This document shows positions 25,534-34,229 of a stretch of 52,475 nucleotides of DNA, piece after piece. Every line of letters starts with the position of its first letter. The stretch's first letter is position 1. This DNA comes from Nitrospirota bacterium (GTDB taxonomy: Bacteria; Nitrospirota; Nitrospiria; JBHHUU01), in assembly GCA_046753905.1 (NCBI GenBank), contig JBHHUU010000001.1:1-52475 (forward strand). The letters run 5' to 3'. A program made the position numbers and the translations under genes. The notes below the pieces were generated by a model. That model made no database searches and was not told where the DNA came from. It worked only from the letters and a program-made list of their open reading frames with translations.

Positions 25534-28092
25534 ATGCTGAAATATACAGTCTCAAGACCATCACGTTATATTGGCGGAGAGATAAATTCTGTCAGGAAAG
25601 ATTTAACAGAGGGCAGGATAAAGATAGTCCTAATCTTTCCTGACCTTTATGAGATTGGTGTATCCCATTCAGGTCTTAAAATACTCTATCAGATATTAAA
25701 TGACAGAGATGATGCGGCAGTTGAGAGGGCGTATGCTCCATGGACAGATTATGAAGAGATGATGATCCGGAAGAATATGCCCCTTGTCAGTTTGGAATCT
25801 GCTCTTCCTATCAGGGAGTTTGATATTATTGGATTTACACTCCCTTATGAATTGACATTTACAAATATTCTCAACATATTAAAACTTTCAGATATCCCTT
25901 TATACGCCTATGACAGAGACAGAGAATATCCTCTGATTATTGGCGGCGGTTCATCTGTGTTTAATCCTGAACCATTGGCAGATTTCTTTGATGCCTTTAT
26001 CTTAGGGGATGGAGAAGATGTAGTTAATGAGGTTGTAGACATATATCAGGAGTGGAAGAGAGATGTGGGATCAAAGGAGGAAATCCTGAAAGTATTAGCA
26101 CGAATAGAAGGTGTATATGTACCGTCTCTTTATAAGATATGTTATAGAGGTAATATTATTGATTCTGTCTCTCCGCTTTATCCAGCACCTTCAAAAGTAA
26201 GAAGGAGGATAGTTAATGACCTGAATAATGCACAATATGCAGATAGACCTGTGCTGCCTTATACAAAGGCTGTCCATGACAGGTTTTGTGTGGAGATATC
26301 AAGAGGTTGTACTCATGGATGCCGATTTTGTCAGGCAGGCATAATATATAGGCCTGTCAGGGACAGAAGCATGGACAATATAGAAGGGATCATAGATAAA
26401 GGTCTTAAGTATACCGGATATGGTGATGTCTCATTGTTATCTCTCAGTTCAGGAGATTATCCCTGTATAGCTCTTCTTTTGACAAGACTTATGGATAAAT
26501 ATGAAAAAGACAGAGTCTCCTTTTCTCTGCCGTCTTTAAGAGTTGGTACATTAACACCAGATGTTTTAGAACAGATAAAGAGGGTAAAAAGGTCAGGATT
26601 TACTCTTGCACCTGAGGCAGGAACCAATAAGCTAAGGCAGGTAATCAATAAAGATATTTCAGATGATGAGCTTGATGAGATAACAGGCAGATTATTTAAA
26701 GAGGGATGGAAAAAGATTAAGTTTTATTTTATGATAGGCTTGCCGACTGAAGAGGATAAAGACCTTCAGGGCATTATTGACCTCTGTAGAAGGGTGAATA
26801 GAAGGCGTGGCAAGATAAAGGCAAGTATATCTACATTTGTGCCAAAGGCACATACGCCGTTTCAATGGCTGGGACAGATATCTATTGAAGAGATCAAAAG
26901 GAGACAGAGGTTTATAAGAGATGAACTTAAGGGCATAAAGATAGAGGTTGATACACATAAGCCTGATGTTAGCCATATTGAGGCGGTATTATCGCGTGGA
27001 GATAGAAGATTGGGAGAGGTGTTGAGATTAACGATGGAAGATGGGTCAAGGTTTGATGGGTGGACAGATATATTTTCCTTTGATAGATGGAGACGGATAT
27101 TTGAGAAGACAGGGATAGACAGCTCATTCTATGCGTGCAGAGATATTGATATAAAAGAGATATTGCCATGGGAACATTTAGATACAGGAGTGACAAGGGA
27201 TTTTTTGATTGCCGAGCTTCATAATGCATATTCTGGAACGACTACCTCTGATTGTCGTTGGGGGAAATGTCATGATTGCGGGGTATGTATTAAGAAAGGG
27301 GACATGTTAATAAGTCCTGTGTCGGCAGGGGGCAGGGAGCAGGGGGCAGAAAACGGGAATCAAGGATTAAGGATCAGGGATCAGATAAAGGGTCTCCCCG
27401 GAATTGGTTATAGATATCGTATAAGATTTTCCAAAGAGGGTAAACTCCGTTTTCTTTCCCATCTTGAGCTTATAGATACTATCTCAAGGTCACTCAGAAG
27501 AACAGGACTGCCTCTTTCTTTCTCATCTGGATTTACACCACATATAGAGATATCATTTGGTCCTGCCCTTTCTGTGGGGGTTGAGTCTATCTCTGAATAT
27601 ATGGATATAACAATATCACAACCAATAGACCCAGAATATATAAAAGAGGTCATCAATAGAAATATGCCTGATGGTATTTGTATTCTGGAAACGAGGAGAA
27701 TACTACCTGACTCTAATAGTCTCAGTAAAATTATCTCTGGTTATTCGTATGAGATAGAGGTAAATAGTGGTCTATTTAAACTTGATAAGCAGATACTGAA
27801 CAGATTTCTCATTATGGATGAGATACTGGTAAATAAGACTACAAATAGAGGCAAAAAAGTAGTTGATGTAAGACCTTTTATTGAAAGGTGTGAATTGATG
27901 ACGAATGCTGAAAAGAGGATATTTCTCTTTTTAAAGAATCAGAATAATAATATATGCAGACCGCAGGATGTCTTACAGGGAATAATAAACTTTATTAATG
28001 GGAATGAAAAGAGTATATTAAAGAATGGGGATGCAAAAGTAACAAGAACAGGGATGTATGTGAACAGGGATGGGCAATGGTGTAAACCATAA
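25534..28092 (+). CDS. Radical SAM protein fused to a DUF2344-like C-terminal domain (the family usually found upstream of rng/rne)
   Basis: CTHGCRFC (CX3CX2C) at about residue 259. The C-terminal part starts at YRYRIRFSKEGKLRFLSHLE. The family names are from memory (TIGR03960 plus TIGR03936). Confidence 0.75.
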   Translation: MLKYTVSRPSRYIGGEINSVRKDLTEGRIKIVLIFPDLYEIGVSHSGLKILYQILNDRDDAAVERAYAPWTDYEEMMIRKNMPLVSLESALPIREFDIIGFTLPYELTFTNILNILKLSDIPLYAYDRDREYPLIIGGGSSVFNPEPLADFFDAFILGDGEDVVNEVVDIYQEWKRDVGSKEEILKVLARIEGVYVPSLYKICYRGNIIDSVSPLYPAPSKVRRRIVNDLNNAQYADRPVLPYTKAVHDRFCVEISRGCTHGCRFCQAGIIYRPVRDRSMDNIEGIIDKGLKYTGYGDVSLLSLSSGDYPCIALLLTRLMDKYEKDRVSFSLPSLRVGTLTPDVLEQIKRVKRSGFTLAPEAGTNKLRQVINKDISDDELDEITGRLFKEGWKKIKFYFMIGLPTEEDKDLQGIIDLCRRVNRRRGKIKASISTFVPKAHTPFQWLGQISIEEIKRRQRFIRDELKGIKIEVDTHKPDVSHIEAVLSRGDRRLGEVLRLTMEDGSRFDGWTDIFSFDRWRRIFEKTGIDSSFYACRDIDIKEILPWEHLDTGVTRDFLIAELHNAYSGTTTSDCRWGKCHDCGVCIKKGDMLISPVSAGGREQGAENGNQGLRIRDQIKGLPGIGYRYRIRFSKEGKLRFLSHLELIDTISRSLRRTGLPLSFSSGFTPHIEISFGPALSVGVESISEYMDITISQPIDPEYIKEVINRNMPDGICILETRRILPDSNSLSKIISGYSYEIEVNSGLFKLDKQILNRFLIMDEILVNKTTNRGKKVVDVRPFIERCELMTNAEKRIFLFLKNQNNNICRPQDVLQGIINFINGNEKSILKNGDAKVTRTGMYVNRDGQWCKP
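27324..27386. repeat. Nine tandem heptamers forming the interdomain linker of the rSAM/DUF2344 gene
   Basis: ggcaggg ggcaggg agcaggg ggcagaa aacggga atcaagg attaagg atcaggg atcagat. It is 63 bp, or 21 codons. Confidence 0.85.
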
Positions 28093-28108
28093 GGGAGAAG
28101 AGAAAATT

Positions 28109-29629
28109 ATGGCGTGTGAAATAATAATAAATGTCGCAAAAGAAGAATCCAGGGTTGCGCTTTTAGAGAATAAGGTGGTTACAGAATTATATGTTGACCG
28201 CAACAAGAATAGTAATATAGTCGGAGCAATATATAAAGGAAAGGTAATAAAAATTCTTCCTGGTATGCAGGCATCTTTTGTTGAGATAGGACTTCAAAGA
28301 GCTGCCTTTTTATATGTATCAGATATAATTGCAAATTATGATGATTACTCCAAAGTTATGGAAAATGGCTCAGAATATCAGATAGAGTCAAACGATGAAA
28401 TGGGAAAGGGAAGGAGAAATGATCGCCAGATACCAATAGAGGATATACTTCAGGATGGACAGGATATATTGGTTCAGGTATCAAAAGATTTTATCGGGAC
28501 TAAAGGACCACGGGTAACTACATATATATCTTTACCTGGTCGTTACCTTGTCTATATGCCAACTGTAAATCATGTAGGTATATCACGAAGGATTGTCAAT
28601 GAAGAGGAAAGGACAAGGTTAAAGAATATAATAATGAGAATGAAGAAACCTGCAGATGGTTATATTGTTAGAACTGTCAGTGAAGGAATAGGGGAGGAAG
28701 AATTTAGGGCAGATATGGAATTTTTAGAGCTGCTGTGGCAGAATGTCCTGAAAAAAAATGAGCATCTATCTGCTCCTGCCCGACTACATACTGATCTTGA
28801 TCTTATTCCAAGGGTTATAAGAGACCTTTTCAGCGACAGAATAGACAGGTTAGTTATTGATTCAAAAGAGGAATATGAAAAGATATCTGATTTTGTAGAA
28901 ACCTATATTCCTGATATGAGTTCAAGGATAGAGCTTTATGACAAAGATGAACCTATCTTTGAAGCATACGAGATTGAAATGGAGATATCCAAAGCCCTGA
29001 ATAGAAGAGTATGGTTGAAATCTGGTGGATATATAGTTATAGATCAGACAGAGGCATTGACAGTTATTGATGTAAATACAGGGAAATATGTGGGTAAAAG
29101 GAGCTTAGAAGATACTATCTTAAAGACAAATCTTGAAGCCGCTAAGGAAATAGCCTATCAGGTGCGCCTCAGAAACATTGGCGGAATTATTATAACAGAT
29201 TTCATTGATATGGAAAAAAAGAAAAATAGAGAAAAGGTCTTTTCAAGTTTACGTGATGCAATGATATCTGATAGAGCAAAAACAAATATTTTGAGGATAT
29301 CAGAATTAGGGCTTGTGGAGATGTCAAGAGAAAGGATAAGAGGGGATATCCAGAAGATACTATGTGAGCCATGTTCCTATTGCGAGGGTAAGGGTCATAT
29401 AAAATCTGCTGCAACAGTTTGCTACGAGATATTCAGAGAGATTACTCATATAGGACCTTCTTCGTCAGGCAAAGAGATTGCAATTAAGGCAAATCCTGAC
29501 ATAGCAAACCTCCTGTTTGATGAAGAAAGAGATAGTATTGAGGATCTTGAAGAAAAATATAATATAAAGATCATTGTTAAATCCGATCCAAACATTCATA
29601 TAGAGCAATTTGATATAGCAGTAACCTGA
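28109..29629 (+). CDS. rng: Ribonuclease G/E family endoribonuclease
   Basis: S1 domain (IYKGKVIKILPGMQASFVEIG), a catalytic core (IVIDQTEALTVIDVNTGK) and a CPXC zinc link (CSYCEGKG). ATG 28109 follows a GGGAG Shine-Dalgarno sequence. The ORF track starts at 28070, inside the upstream gene. Confidence 0.9.
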   Translation: MACEIIINVAKEESRVALLENKVVTELYVDRNKNSNIVGAIYKGKVIKILPGMQASFVEIGLQRAAFLYVSDIIANYDDYSKVMENGSEYQIESNDEMGKGRRNDRQIPIEDILQDGQDILVQVSKDFIGTKGPRVTTYISLPGRYLVYMPTVNHVGISRRIVNEEERTRLKNIIMRMKKPADGYIVRTVSEGIGEEEFRADMEFLELLWQNVLKKNEHLSAPARLHTDLDLIPRVIRDLFSDRIDRLVIDSKEEYEKISDFVETYIPDMSSRIELYDKDEPIFEAYEIEMEISKALNRRVWLKSGGYIVIDQTEALTVIDVNTGKYVGKRSLEDTILKTNLEAAKEIAYQVRLRNIGGIIITDFIDMEKKKNREKVFSSLRDAMISDRAKTNILRISELGLVEMSRERIRGDIQKILCEPCSYCEGKGHIKSAATVCYEIFREITHIGPSSSGKEIAIKANPDIANLLFDEERDSIEDLEEKYNIKIIVKSDPNIHIEQFDIAVT

Positions 29630-29783
29630 TATGCCAGCCTTAAATCAATTCAATTTCTACTTACATATATTAACTTATTGTGGCATTAGTTTAAAAAATA
29701 AAATATAATATAATAAGGTAGCTATTTAGTTAAAGATAATAGTAGGAGTCAGATTTTAGCTTTAAGCAGGGAGGTGATAAAAG

Positions 29784-30008
29784 ATGATAAAAGAAAAGGT
29801 TAAGAAGGCATTAGATAGCATCAGACCATCTTTACAGGCAGATGGAGGGGATATTGACCTTATTGATGTCTCTGATGATGGCATTGTAAAGGTGAGGCTT
29901 AAAGGGGCCTGTGCAGGTTGTCCTATGTCGCAGATGACTCTGGCACAGGGAGTTGAACAGAAATTGAAATCAAGTATTCCAGAGGTGAAAAAGGTTGTTG
30001 CTGCATAA
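29784..30008 (+). CDS. NifU-like (Nfu C-terminal type) Fe-S cluster carrier
   Basis: 74 aa, with LQADGGDIDLIDV...VRLKGACAGCPMS. Confidence 0.85.
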   Translation: MIKEKVKKALDSIRPSLQADGGDIDLIDVSDDGIVKVRLKGACAGCPMSQMTLAQGVEQKLKSSIPEVKKVVAA

Positions 30009-30025
30009 ATTGCAGGTAAACGTAT

Positions 30026-30063
30026 CCCCTCATCCTCTTCTCACATGAGATGAGTGTGAGGGG
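30026..30063 (+). terminator. Hairpin downstream of the nifU-like gene
   Basis: cccctcatc...gatgag..tgagggg imperfect stem. The T tract after it is weak. Confidence 0.35.
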
Positions 30064-30083
30064 TTGCCATAATTTGAGCATAT

Positions 30084-31508
30084 ATGGAGAGAGAAATAGA
30101 AAGTAAGAGAGAAGATATATCTATAATATCTATAAGGGACAGACTTGTCAAAGATGGTCTCTATTCAACAGTAAGCTCTGACAATAACAGATGGAGAATT
30201 TCTACTGAACCATTTTTTTTATCAAGAGATGAGGTAGAGTTGTTAGAAAGACTTGGAGACTATTGTCTATTGTTTTATAAGGCATCAAACAGGCTCTATT
30301 ATGAGAGCATTAGTGGAAAACAGCCTGAGTGGGCGGCTGAATATCTTGATATCGGCAAGCCAGATACTATTGTAGAATATGGACGGATGAAGAGATTCAG
30401 AAGAGATATCCCGCATATTATAAGACCAGATATTATCTTAACAGATGATGGGATAATTGTTACGGAGCTTGATTCTGTTCCGGGGGGAATCGGGATAACC
30501 TCTGCCCTTTCAAGAGAATATGATAACCTGAGATACAATATAGTAGGAGATAGCATGGGGATGGTAAAGGGCTTTGCTGATATGATTCGGGATACTGCTG
30601 ATAATAATAGACCTGTGCTTGCTATTGTTGTGTCGGATGAATCCAGGGATTACATGCCTGAAATGAAATCATTAGGCAGGGATCTTAACGAAGAAGGCCT
30701 TATCACATATACTATAGAGCCTAAGGACCTGCACTTTTCAGAGGAATGTCTCTATCTCCATGATATGAACAAAAAGGTACCTGTTCACCTGCTTTATAGG
30801 TTTTTTGAACTATTTGATCTCAAGAATATACCAAAGTCAGAGCTTATAATGTATAGTGCAAAAAAAAGAAGGATTAAAGTAACACCGCCTTTTAAGGCAT
30901 TTTTAGAAGAGAAGATGTTATTCTTTCTCTTTCATCACCCTATGTTAAGGGAGTTCTGGATGAAGGAATTAGGAGATGAGGCATTCTCCTGTCTTCAGGG
31001 GATAATACCCGGGACATGGCTGTTAGACCCAGTAGATATTCCGCCTTATGCAGTGATTCCAGACCTGATGATTGGAGATAGACCTGTTAATGACTGGAGA
31101 CAACTATTTTCATGCACCCAGAAAGAGCGTCTATTTGTAATCAAACCATCTGGTTTTTCAGAACTGGCATGGGGGAGCAGAGGAGTATTCATAGGACATG
31201 ATATTTCTCAGAATGAGTGGTCAGATACAATAGATACAGCCCTGAGAGACTTTTCAGTCAGACCATATATACTTCAGGAGTTTCATAAAGGGAAAAGGGT
31301 CAGGATGAGATATTATGACTTTGACACACATATATTCAGGAATATGCAGGGAAGGGTCAGGTTATCGCCATATTATTTTGTAATAGATGGCAAGGCAAGG
31401 CTTTCAGGGATACTTGCCACAATATGCCCTGATGATAAAAAGATAATACATGGAATGGCAGATGCCATTATGTCACCATGTGCGATAAAAGGAGGTAACG
31501 ATATATGA
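30084..31508 (+). CDS. Hypothetical ATP-grasp-superfamily amide ligase (glutathionylspermidine-synthase-like or circularly permuted type)
   Basis: IIRPDIILTDDGIIVTELDSVPGGIG, and later LFVIKPSGFSELAWGSRGVFIG...PYILQEF, resemble ATP-grasp nucleotide-binding strands. This is pattern recognition only. Confidence 0.45.
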   Translation: MEREIESKREDISIISIRDRLVKDGLYSTVSSDNNRWRISTEPFFLSRDEVELLERLGDYCLLFYKASNRLYYESISGKQPEWAAEYLDIGKPDTIVEYGRMKRFRRDIPHIIRPDIILTDDGIIVTELDSVPGGIGITSALSREYDNLRYNIVGDSMGMVKGFADMIRDTADNNRPVLAIVVSDESRDYMPEMKSLGRDLNEEGLITYTIEPKDLHFSEECLYLHDMNKKVPVHLLYRFFELFDLKNIPKSELIMYSAKKRRIKVTPPFKAFLEEKMLFFLFHHPMLREFWMKELGDEAFSCLQGIIPGTWLLDPVDIPPYAVIPDLMIGDRPVNDWRQLFSCTQKERLFVIKPSGFSELAWGSRGVFIGHDISQNEWSDTIDTALRDFSVRPYILQEFHKGKRVRMRYYDFDTHIFRNMQGRVRLSPYYFVIDGKARLSGILATICPDDKKIIHGMADAIMSPCAIKGGNDI

Positions 31509-31750
31509 TACTTTATCAATTAGAGACATGTCCATATTGTAAGATGGTAAGAGATAAATTAGATGAACTAAAACTGAATTATGAAAAGATTAATGTTCCT
31601 GCACCAAGGGACGAAAGAAAAGAGGTTTTTGAGATATCAGGACAATATTTTGTGCCTGTCCTTAAAGATGATAATACCATATTAGATGATGAGGAGAAGA
31701 TAATAAAATATTTAGATGAGAAATATGCAAAAAAGGGGAGCCCTGAGTAA
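31505..31750 (+). CDS. Glutaredoxin-like small thioredoxin-fold protein
   Basis: 81 aa, with a CPYC active site at residues 9-12. Its ATG overlaps the upstream stop codon (ATGA). Confidence 0.8.
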   Translation: MILYQLETCPYCKMVRDKLDELKLNYEKINVPAPRDERKEVFEISGQYFVPVLKDDNTILDDEEKIIKYLDEKYAKKGSPE

Positions 31751-32820
31751 TGGAGAAATGGAAGGATATATTAAGAAAGAGTATTTCCAGCCCGGAGGAG
31801 TTAACAGAGTATCTTGATGTAGATATAGAAGAGATAAGAGAAGTGATAGATGTCTACCCAATGAGGATAACACCATATATGCTTGATTTGATTAAAGAAA
31901 AGGATGACCCCATAGCAAGACAGGTAATACCTTCACGAGATGAGATATTTAATCAATTCGGGAGCGATGATCCATTAAATGAGAATACCGATAGTCCAGT
32001 AGTCAATCTTGTCCATAGATATCCTGACAGGGCATTGTTGATAGTCACAAATCAGTGCCCTGCTTATTGCAGGTTCTGCACCAGAAAGAGATTGGTGGGA
32101 AGACCTGACTTTGTTACTAATGGCACAATCTACAGAGGGATTGAATATATCAGAGAACATAAAGAGATCAGGGATGTAATATTATCAGGAGGAGATCCTC
32201 TGCTTTTAACAGACGAACTCCTTGAAAGGATATTAAGGTCATTAAGGGATATTCCTCATGTAGAGATTATCAGGATAGGAACAAGAATCCCCTGCACTCT
32301 GCCTCAGCGGATTACATCAGGGCTTTGTAAGGTATTAAAGAGATACCATCCAGTCTATATTAATCTGCACTTTAACCACCCTGATGAGATCACACCTGAA
32401 AGCAGACAGGCGACTGAAATGCTTGCTGATACAGGGATACCTCTTGGGTGTCAGACTGTATTGTTAAAAGGCATAAATGACGACCCTGATACAATGAAGA
32501 GACTAATGCACAGACTTCTTGAGATACGGGTCAGACCTTATTATCTATATCAGGCTGATATAGTAAATGGCACGGATCATTTCAGAACAACCGTAGAATG
32601 CGGTCTGGATGTTATCCGTTCCCTGCATGGATTTACTTCAGGGTTGGCAATTCCAAACTATGTGATAGATACGCCCGGTGGAGGCGGAAAGATAACTATC
32701 CTCCCGAATGACTTTGTATTGCATTTTGACAATAAAGAGATAATCCTTAAAAATTACGAGAATAATACATATAAGTATCCTCAGATAACAGAGCCAATGG
32801 TGAAAATTTCCTCTTCTTAG
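31750..32820 (+). CDS. kamA: KamA-family radical SAM 2,3-aminomutase (lysine 2,3-aminomutase-like, short form)
   Basis: CPAYCRFCTRK, SGGDPLLL, IPHVEIIRIGTRIPCTLPQRIT, YHPVYINLHFNHPDEIT, RVRPYYLYQADIV and VIDTPGGGGK blocks closely track clostridial LAM. It lacks the C-terminal region of about 60 aa. Confidence 0.85.
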   Translation: MEKWKDILRKSISSPEELTEYLDVDIEEIREVIDVYPMRITPYMLDLIKEKDDPIARQVIPSRDEIFNQFGSDDPLNENTDSPVVNLVHRYPDRALLIVTNQCPAYCRFCTRKRLVGRPDFVTNGTIYRGIEYIREHKEIRDVILSGGDPLLLTDELLERILRSLRDIPHVEIIRIGTRIPCTLPQRITSGLCKVLKRYHPVYINLHFNHPDEITPESRQATEMLADTGIPLGCQTVLLKGINDDPDTMKRLMHRLLEIRVRPYYLYQADIVNGTDHFRTTVECGLDVIRSLHGFTSGLAIPNYVIDTPGGGGKITILPNDFVLHFDNKEIILKNYENNTYKYPQITEPMVKISSS

Positions 32821-32853
32821 AGACCGATACCCTGAGCAGCTCTCTATTCTATT

Positions 32854-33510
32854 ATGAATAATCGAAATATAGACAGGGTTATAGAGATACTCAAAAGAGA
32901 GATTAAGAGGTGGCAAGTCCCTATTGTTGGTGAAGTTGCAAATAAGACACGCGATCCGTATAAGGTCATTATCTCCTGTCTCCTCAGTTTGAGGACTAAG
33001 GATGAGACAACTTCTCAGGCAGTGGAAAGACTCTTCAGATTGGCTGATAATCCAGAGGATATAGTAAAGATACCTGTAAAGAAGATTGAAGAGGCAATAT
33101 ATCCTGTTGGATTTTATAAGGTAAAGGCAAGGAATATAATTAATATCTCAAATGACCTTATTAAAAGATATAATTCAATAGTGCCTGATGATATTGATGA
33201 ATTATTAACGTTCAAGGGTGTAGGGAGAAAGACTGCAAACCTTGTTGTCACTCTTGCATATAACAGGGAAGGGATATGTGTTGATACACATGTGCACAGG
33301 ATATCAAACAGGCTTGGTTATCTGAAGACAGAGAACCCTGATGAAACGGAGAGAGTGTTGAGGAAGAAACTCCCGAAAAAATACTGGATAATATATAATG
33401 ATCTCCTTGTTACATTTGGTCAGAATCTGTGTCGCCCCATCTCTCCTTTTTGCAGTACTTGCAAGATATTTAGATATTGTGACAGGGCAGGAGTAACAAA
33501 GAGCAGATAG
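32854..33510 (+). CDS. nth: Endonuclease III
   Basis: HhH-GPD (LTFKGVGRKTANLV, VDTHVHRI) and a 4Fe-4S cluster loop (CRPISPFCSTCKIFRYC). Confidence 0.9.
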   Translation: MNNRNIDRVIEILKREIKRWQVPIVGEVANKTRDPYKVIISCLLSLRTKDETTSQAVERLFRLADNPEDIVKIPVKKIEEAIYPVGFYKVKARNIINISNDLIKRYNSIVPDDIDELLTFKGVGRKTANLVVTLAYNREGICVDTHVHRISNRLGYLKTENPDETERVLRKKLPKKYWIIYNDLLVTFGQNLCRPISPFCSTCKIFRYCDRAGVTKSR

Positions 33511-33514
33511 AGAT

Positions 33515-34228
33515 CTATATTACAATATCACCAAGTATGTAATTTGTGAAGATACCTATTATGGGCCAGAGGATATTTCTCATTATCCCCAGAGGATCCA
33601 TAAAGATCAAGATCATTAATATAATCATGCCAAATGGCTCTATACTGCTAAATGTCTGTGATTGTTTATTGGGTAACAGCCCTGTCAATATCCTGCCGCC
33701 ATCAAGTGGCGGTATGGGGATAAGATTAAAAACCATCAACAGGACATTTATCTTTACACTAAAGGATAACATTAGGATAATCGGTACTAAAACAGACACA
33801 GCCATATTTCCCCCTGGAATAAAACCAGAGTGTCGGGTTATATATAATAACAGGGAAGGCTCTGAATTTATAACAGTCCTGTAGATAATACCACTGACTA
33901 CAGCAAGAATAAGGTTTATGCCCGGACCTGCTGCTGCAACATATATCATACCCTTCTTGCGATCCCTGAGATTGTTAAAATTTACTGGAACTGGTTTTGC
34001 ATAACCGAATAGCATATTGCTCCTGAGGACAATAAGCATTATAGGTAATATTATTGTACCGAAGAGGTCAATATGGGCAATAGGGTTTAGTGTCAGCCTC
34101 CCCATCAGTTTTGCAGTAGGGTCACCCTCTCTATTTGCCATCCACCCATGTGCTGCCTCATGTAGAGTAATAGCAAATATCAATGGAAGCACTACTATTG
34201 ACAGATATTGAATATATTGATACATCAT
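33515..34228 (-). CDS. Site-2 protease family (M50) membrane metalloprotease
   Basis: HEAAHG zinc motif in TM1, a polytopic membrane protein, and a second motif NLIPIPPLDGG. Confidence 0.85.
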   Translation of the reverse strand: MMYQYIQYLSIVVLPLIFAITLHEAAHGWMANREGDPTAKLMGRLTLNPIAHIDLFGTIILPIMLIVLRSNMLFGYAKPVPVNFNNLRDRKKGMIYVAAAGPGINLILAVVSGIIYRTVINSEPSLLLYITRHSGFIPGGNMAVSVLVPIILMLSFSVKINVLLMVFNLIPIPPLDGGRILTGLLPNKQSQTFSSIEPFGMIILMILIFMDPLGIMRNILWPIIGIFTNYILGDIVI

Positions 34229-34229
34229 G

